From assembly GCA_965247095.1 (NCBI GenBank), contig OZ251997.1, positions 3,360,001 to 3,424,000 on the forward strand: DNA of 64,000 nt, given 5' to 3'. The DNA comes from Candidatus Multivorans sp. (GTDB lineage Bacteria > Acidobacteriota > Thermoanaerobaculia > Multivoradales > Multivoraceae). Positions 61,777 to 64,000 of the stretch are shown piece after piece. The notes under the pieces are model-generated. The model did no database searches. It saw only the letters and a program-made list of their open reading frames with translations, and was not told the origin of the DNA. Each line of letters opens with the position of its first letter. Within the stretch, counting starts at the first letter, position 1. Position numbers and translations under genes: made by a program.

Positions 61777-62961
61777 TTATGAAGACGTCTCTAGAGATGA
61801 CAATTCAGTCGCTCTTAGGGAGCGGTACGGCACTACAACGAACAGCGGGACGACCACCAGCGCGATGAAGCCCCAGGCCAGCGTGCCGTAGCCCCTGGCA
61901 ACCAGGTCGATGATCCCGAACGTCGACAGACCAGCCGCGGCCGCCAGTACCCCCACCGCAGTCCCCGCCTTCTGCACCCTCGTCAGCCTCCCCGAAGCAG
62001 GCCTCCACCGACGCGGCAGGTCGTCGAGATGGCTCTCGACGCGCCTCAGGAGCGCGTGAATCGAACCGACCGCCGTCTCGATCAACGTCCAGCCGGCGAC
62101 GAGTCCGAAGATCGCGATCCAGAGCGCCGGCCCGCCGGCGCGGCCGTCGGCCGCGCTGGTGATCATCGGCAGCCAGGGCACCTCGGCGTCCATGACAGAG
62201 GCCTGAGGGAACCGCAGAAGGCACGCCAGGGTCAGCGCGAACGGCACCGTCATCGCGACCCCGGCCAGAGCGCCGGACGAGAAGGTTTCGGACCGCCGCG
62301 TCTGGCGATGGAGGCAGAAGAGCACCGCCGGCACGACGGCGACGTTATAGGCGACGTACAGAACGGCGGCGACGATCACCTCCAGCACGCCTCCCTCGGG
62401 CGCCGTCGCCGCCGCCACCGGCTGCGCGACCGACTGCGCACCCGCCTCCTCGACCGGCGCCGTCAACACGAGCACCGCGAACGCGCAGTACCCCAGATAC
62501 AGAGCCGCGCTCCCCCAGGTCTTCGCCTTCTCGATGAAGCCGGAACCGCGCCACGACAGAAACCCGACGCACGCCAGCGCGATCGCCAGACTCAGCGGCT
62601 TCGGAATCCCAAGGGTCTGCTGCAGCACCTCACCGATCGCCGCGGTCATTACCGCGATCACCAGCATCATCATGCTCAGGATGAGCAGGTCGACGAGCCA
62701 CCAGAACGGGCCGACCAGGTTCCGGCTCCACGTCTTGTAGTCGTACGCCCCGGCGAGCCGCGCGAGCTCGAAGGACAGCGCCATGACGACGGCGAAGCAG
62801 ACGGTGATGATCGCGACGGACAGCCATCCCCAGTTGCCGAAGCGGCCGGCGTACTCCACGACTTCCCTGCCGGTGGCGTAGCCGCCTCCGATGATCATCG
62901 ACTGGGCGATGATCGCCGGCAGGACGAGGGTGTGGAAGCGGGTTGGCGCCCGTGCCGGCAT
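61777..62961 (-). CDS. YkvI-like membrane protein (APC-related transporter)
   Basis: IIGGGYATGREVVEY; about 10 TM helices; WTLIET, FGIIDLVARGYG. Confidence 0.8.
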   Translation of the reverse strand: MPARAPTRFHTLVLPAIIAQSMIIGGGYATGREVVEYAGRFGNWGWLSVAIITVCFAVVMALSFELARLAGAYDYKTWSRNLVGPFWWLVDLLILSMMMLVIAVMTAAIGEVLQQTLGIPKPLSLAIALACVGFLSWRGSGFIEKAKTWGSAALYLGYCAFAVLVLTAPVEEAGAQSVAQPVAAATAPEGGVLEVIVAAVLYVAYNVAVVPAVLFCLHRQTRRSETFSSGALAGVAMTVPFALTLACLLRFPQASVMDAEVPWLPMITSAADGRAGGPALWIAIFGLVAGWTLIETAVGSIHALLRRVESHLDDLPRRWRPASGRLTRVQKAGTAVGVLAAAAGLSTFGIIDLVARGYGTLAWGFIALVVVPLFVVVPYRSLRATELSSLETSS

Positions 62962-62978
62962 CGTGGGTGCCTCGGAGG

Positions 62979-64000
62979 TCAGTCGCCGGTCCGCACGAAG
63001 CGGATGGGCGAGACTGCCGGCTCCAGCGGCGCGGAAACGGCGTTGATCGCCCCCGCATCGTTGTAGTCGAAGCGGATCTTGACCCCTCCGAACCCTGCCG
63101 CGGCCGTGCTGGCCGGCAGATCGTAGGGGACGCTCCATACGTCGTAGTGGTAGTGCGCGAGCGGGAACTCGATGCCTACGACCTCCAGGATCAGGCCGTC
63201 CCCCTCAACTCGCACGGAGGCTTTGCCGTAGCCGGCGTGCTCGAAGTCGCCGGCGTAGTCGGCGAGCGGATGCGACGGGTTGGTGTCCGCCACCGCTGCC
63301 GCGAGATCGGCCTTCTTGCCCTCCTCGGCCTTCTCCTTCGCTTCGGCTTCCCGCTTGCGCGCCCTGGCGGCCCAGTCGATGGGATCGAGGCCGAGCATGC
63401 GGTCGAACGCGTTGCGCACGACGAGCGCGGGCACCGTCCCGGTGTGCGAGGCATTGGAGAGGGCGACGACGCCGATCTGCTCGTCGGGCAGCCACTCCAT
63501 CGCGGAGATGAAGCCGTCGATGCCTCCCCCGTGGCTGACGTGCTTGCGGCCCCGGTAGCCGCCCACCATGAGGCCCAGCCCGTAGGTGGGATCGCTGATC
63601 TCGGGACCGTTCTGCAGTCTCTCCTGGAGCGGGCCGGTCATCACCATCTGCGGTAGCTGCATGAGCCTCGCCGAGTCCTCCTTCAGGAGCTGCGTGTCGC
63701 CGACCTTCCCGTAGGCGAGATGGAACAGCACGTAGCGGGCGAGCTCCCGGGCAGATGTGTTGATCGAACCGGCGGGCCCGATGGCGTCAATGTTGCGGAA
63801 CGGCACGCGCTCGATCTCCTGCTGCGCGCCGTAGCCGTAGGAGAAGTCGTCGTCCTCCTGCATCCGGTCGACGGAGAAGGTGGCCCGCTTCATGCCGAGG
63901 GGCCGGAGGATCCGCTCCTCGACCAGCTCCTCCCACGACTTGCCGCCAATCCGTTCCGAGACCACGCCGGCGGTGAGGAACATCAGGTTCTGGTACTGGT
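62979..64000 (-). CDS. Serine hydrolase (class C beta-lactamase/PBP family) with DUF3471-like C-terminus (5' partial)
   Basis: YQNLMF (YxN), ILRPLGM, GPAGSINTS, HGGGIDGF, YAGDFEHAGYG. Confidence 0.88.
   Translation of the reverse strand, partial: QYQNLMFLTAGVVSERIGGKSWEELVEERILRPLGMKRATFSVDRMQEDDDFSYGYGAQQEIERVPFRNIDAIGPAGSINTSARELARYVLFHLAYGKVGDTQLLKEDSARLMQLPQMVMTGPLQERLQNGPEISDPTYGLGLMVGGYRGRKHVSHGGGIDGFISAMEWLPDEQIGVVALSNASHTGTVPALVVRNAFDRMLGLDPIDWAARARKREAEAKEKAEEGKKADLAAAVADTNPSHPLADYAGDFEHAGYGKASVRVEGDGLILEVVGIEFPLAHYHYDVWSVPYDLPASTAAAGFGGVKIRFDYNDAGAINAVSAPLEPAVSPIRFVRTGD

Overview
GC-rich bacterial chromosome window. The repeated 'CLxDGRF...FWFF...ELxxKVLDGRxxNG' secreted domain and the gene repertoire suggest Acidobacteriota, probably Thermoanaerobaculia (inference). 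Housekeeping blocks are ychF-aat, tRNA-Phe, purH-lolA, kdsB-pyrG-kdsA-kdsD-kdsC, a yejABEF-type peptide ABC transporter and xdhABC-guaD. They are interleaved with accessory DNA: an intact IS, four toxin-antitoxin pairs, an AAA-ATPase/RloB (AbiL-like) defence pair, a mosaic of internally deleted sulfatase/FGE/PfkB/cyclase genes, and a PEP-utilising (Rph-like) enzyme operon. Three signals stand out. (1) A ~854-nt minus-strand non-coding RNA candidate at 13272->12419, just downstream of tRNA-Phe. It has its own sigma70-type promoter, a 12-bp helix joining its 5' and 3' ends, a U-tract and many GNRA hairpins, and it does not resemble RNase P, tmRNA, rRNA or a group II intron. (2) A modular palindromic repeat family sits in-frame inside protein-coding genes and is read in three different frames (ychF, a sulfatase-like gene, yejF), with a second module inside the PEP-utilising enzyme. 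(3) A large secreted metalloprotease/FN3 gene is broken twice at identical GGG-TGA +1 junctions. All calls are from visual motif recognition; no database searches were run.
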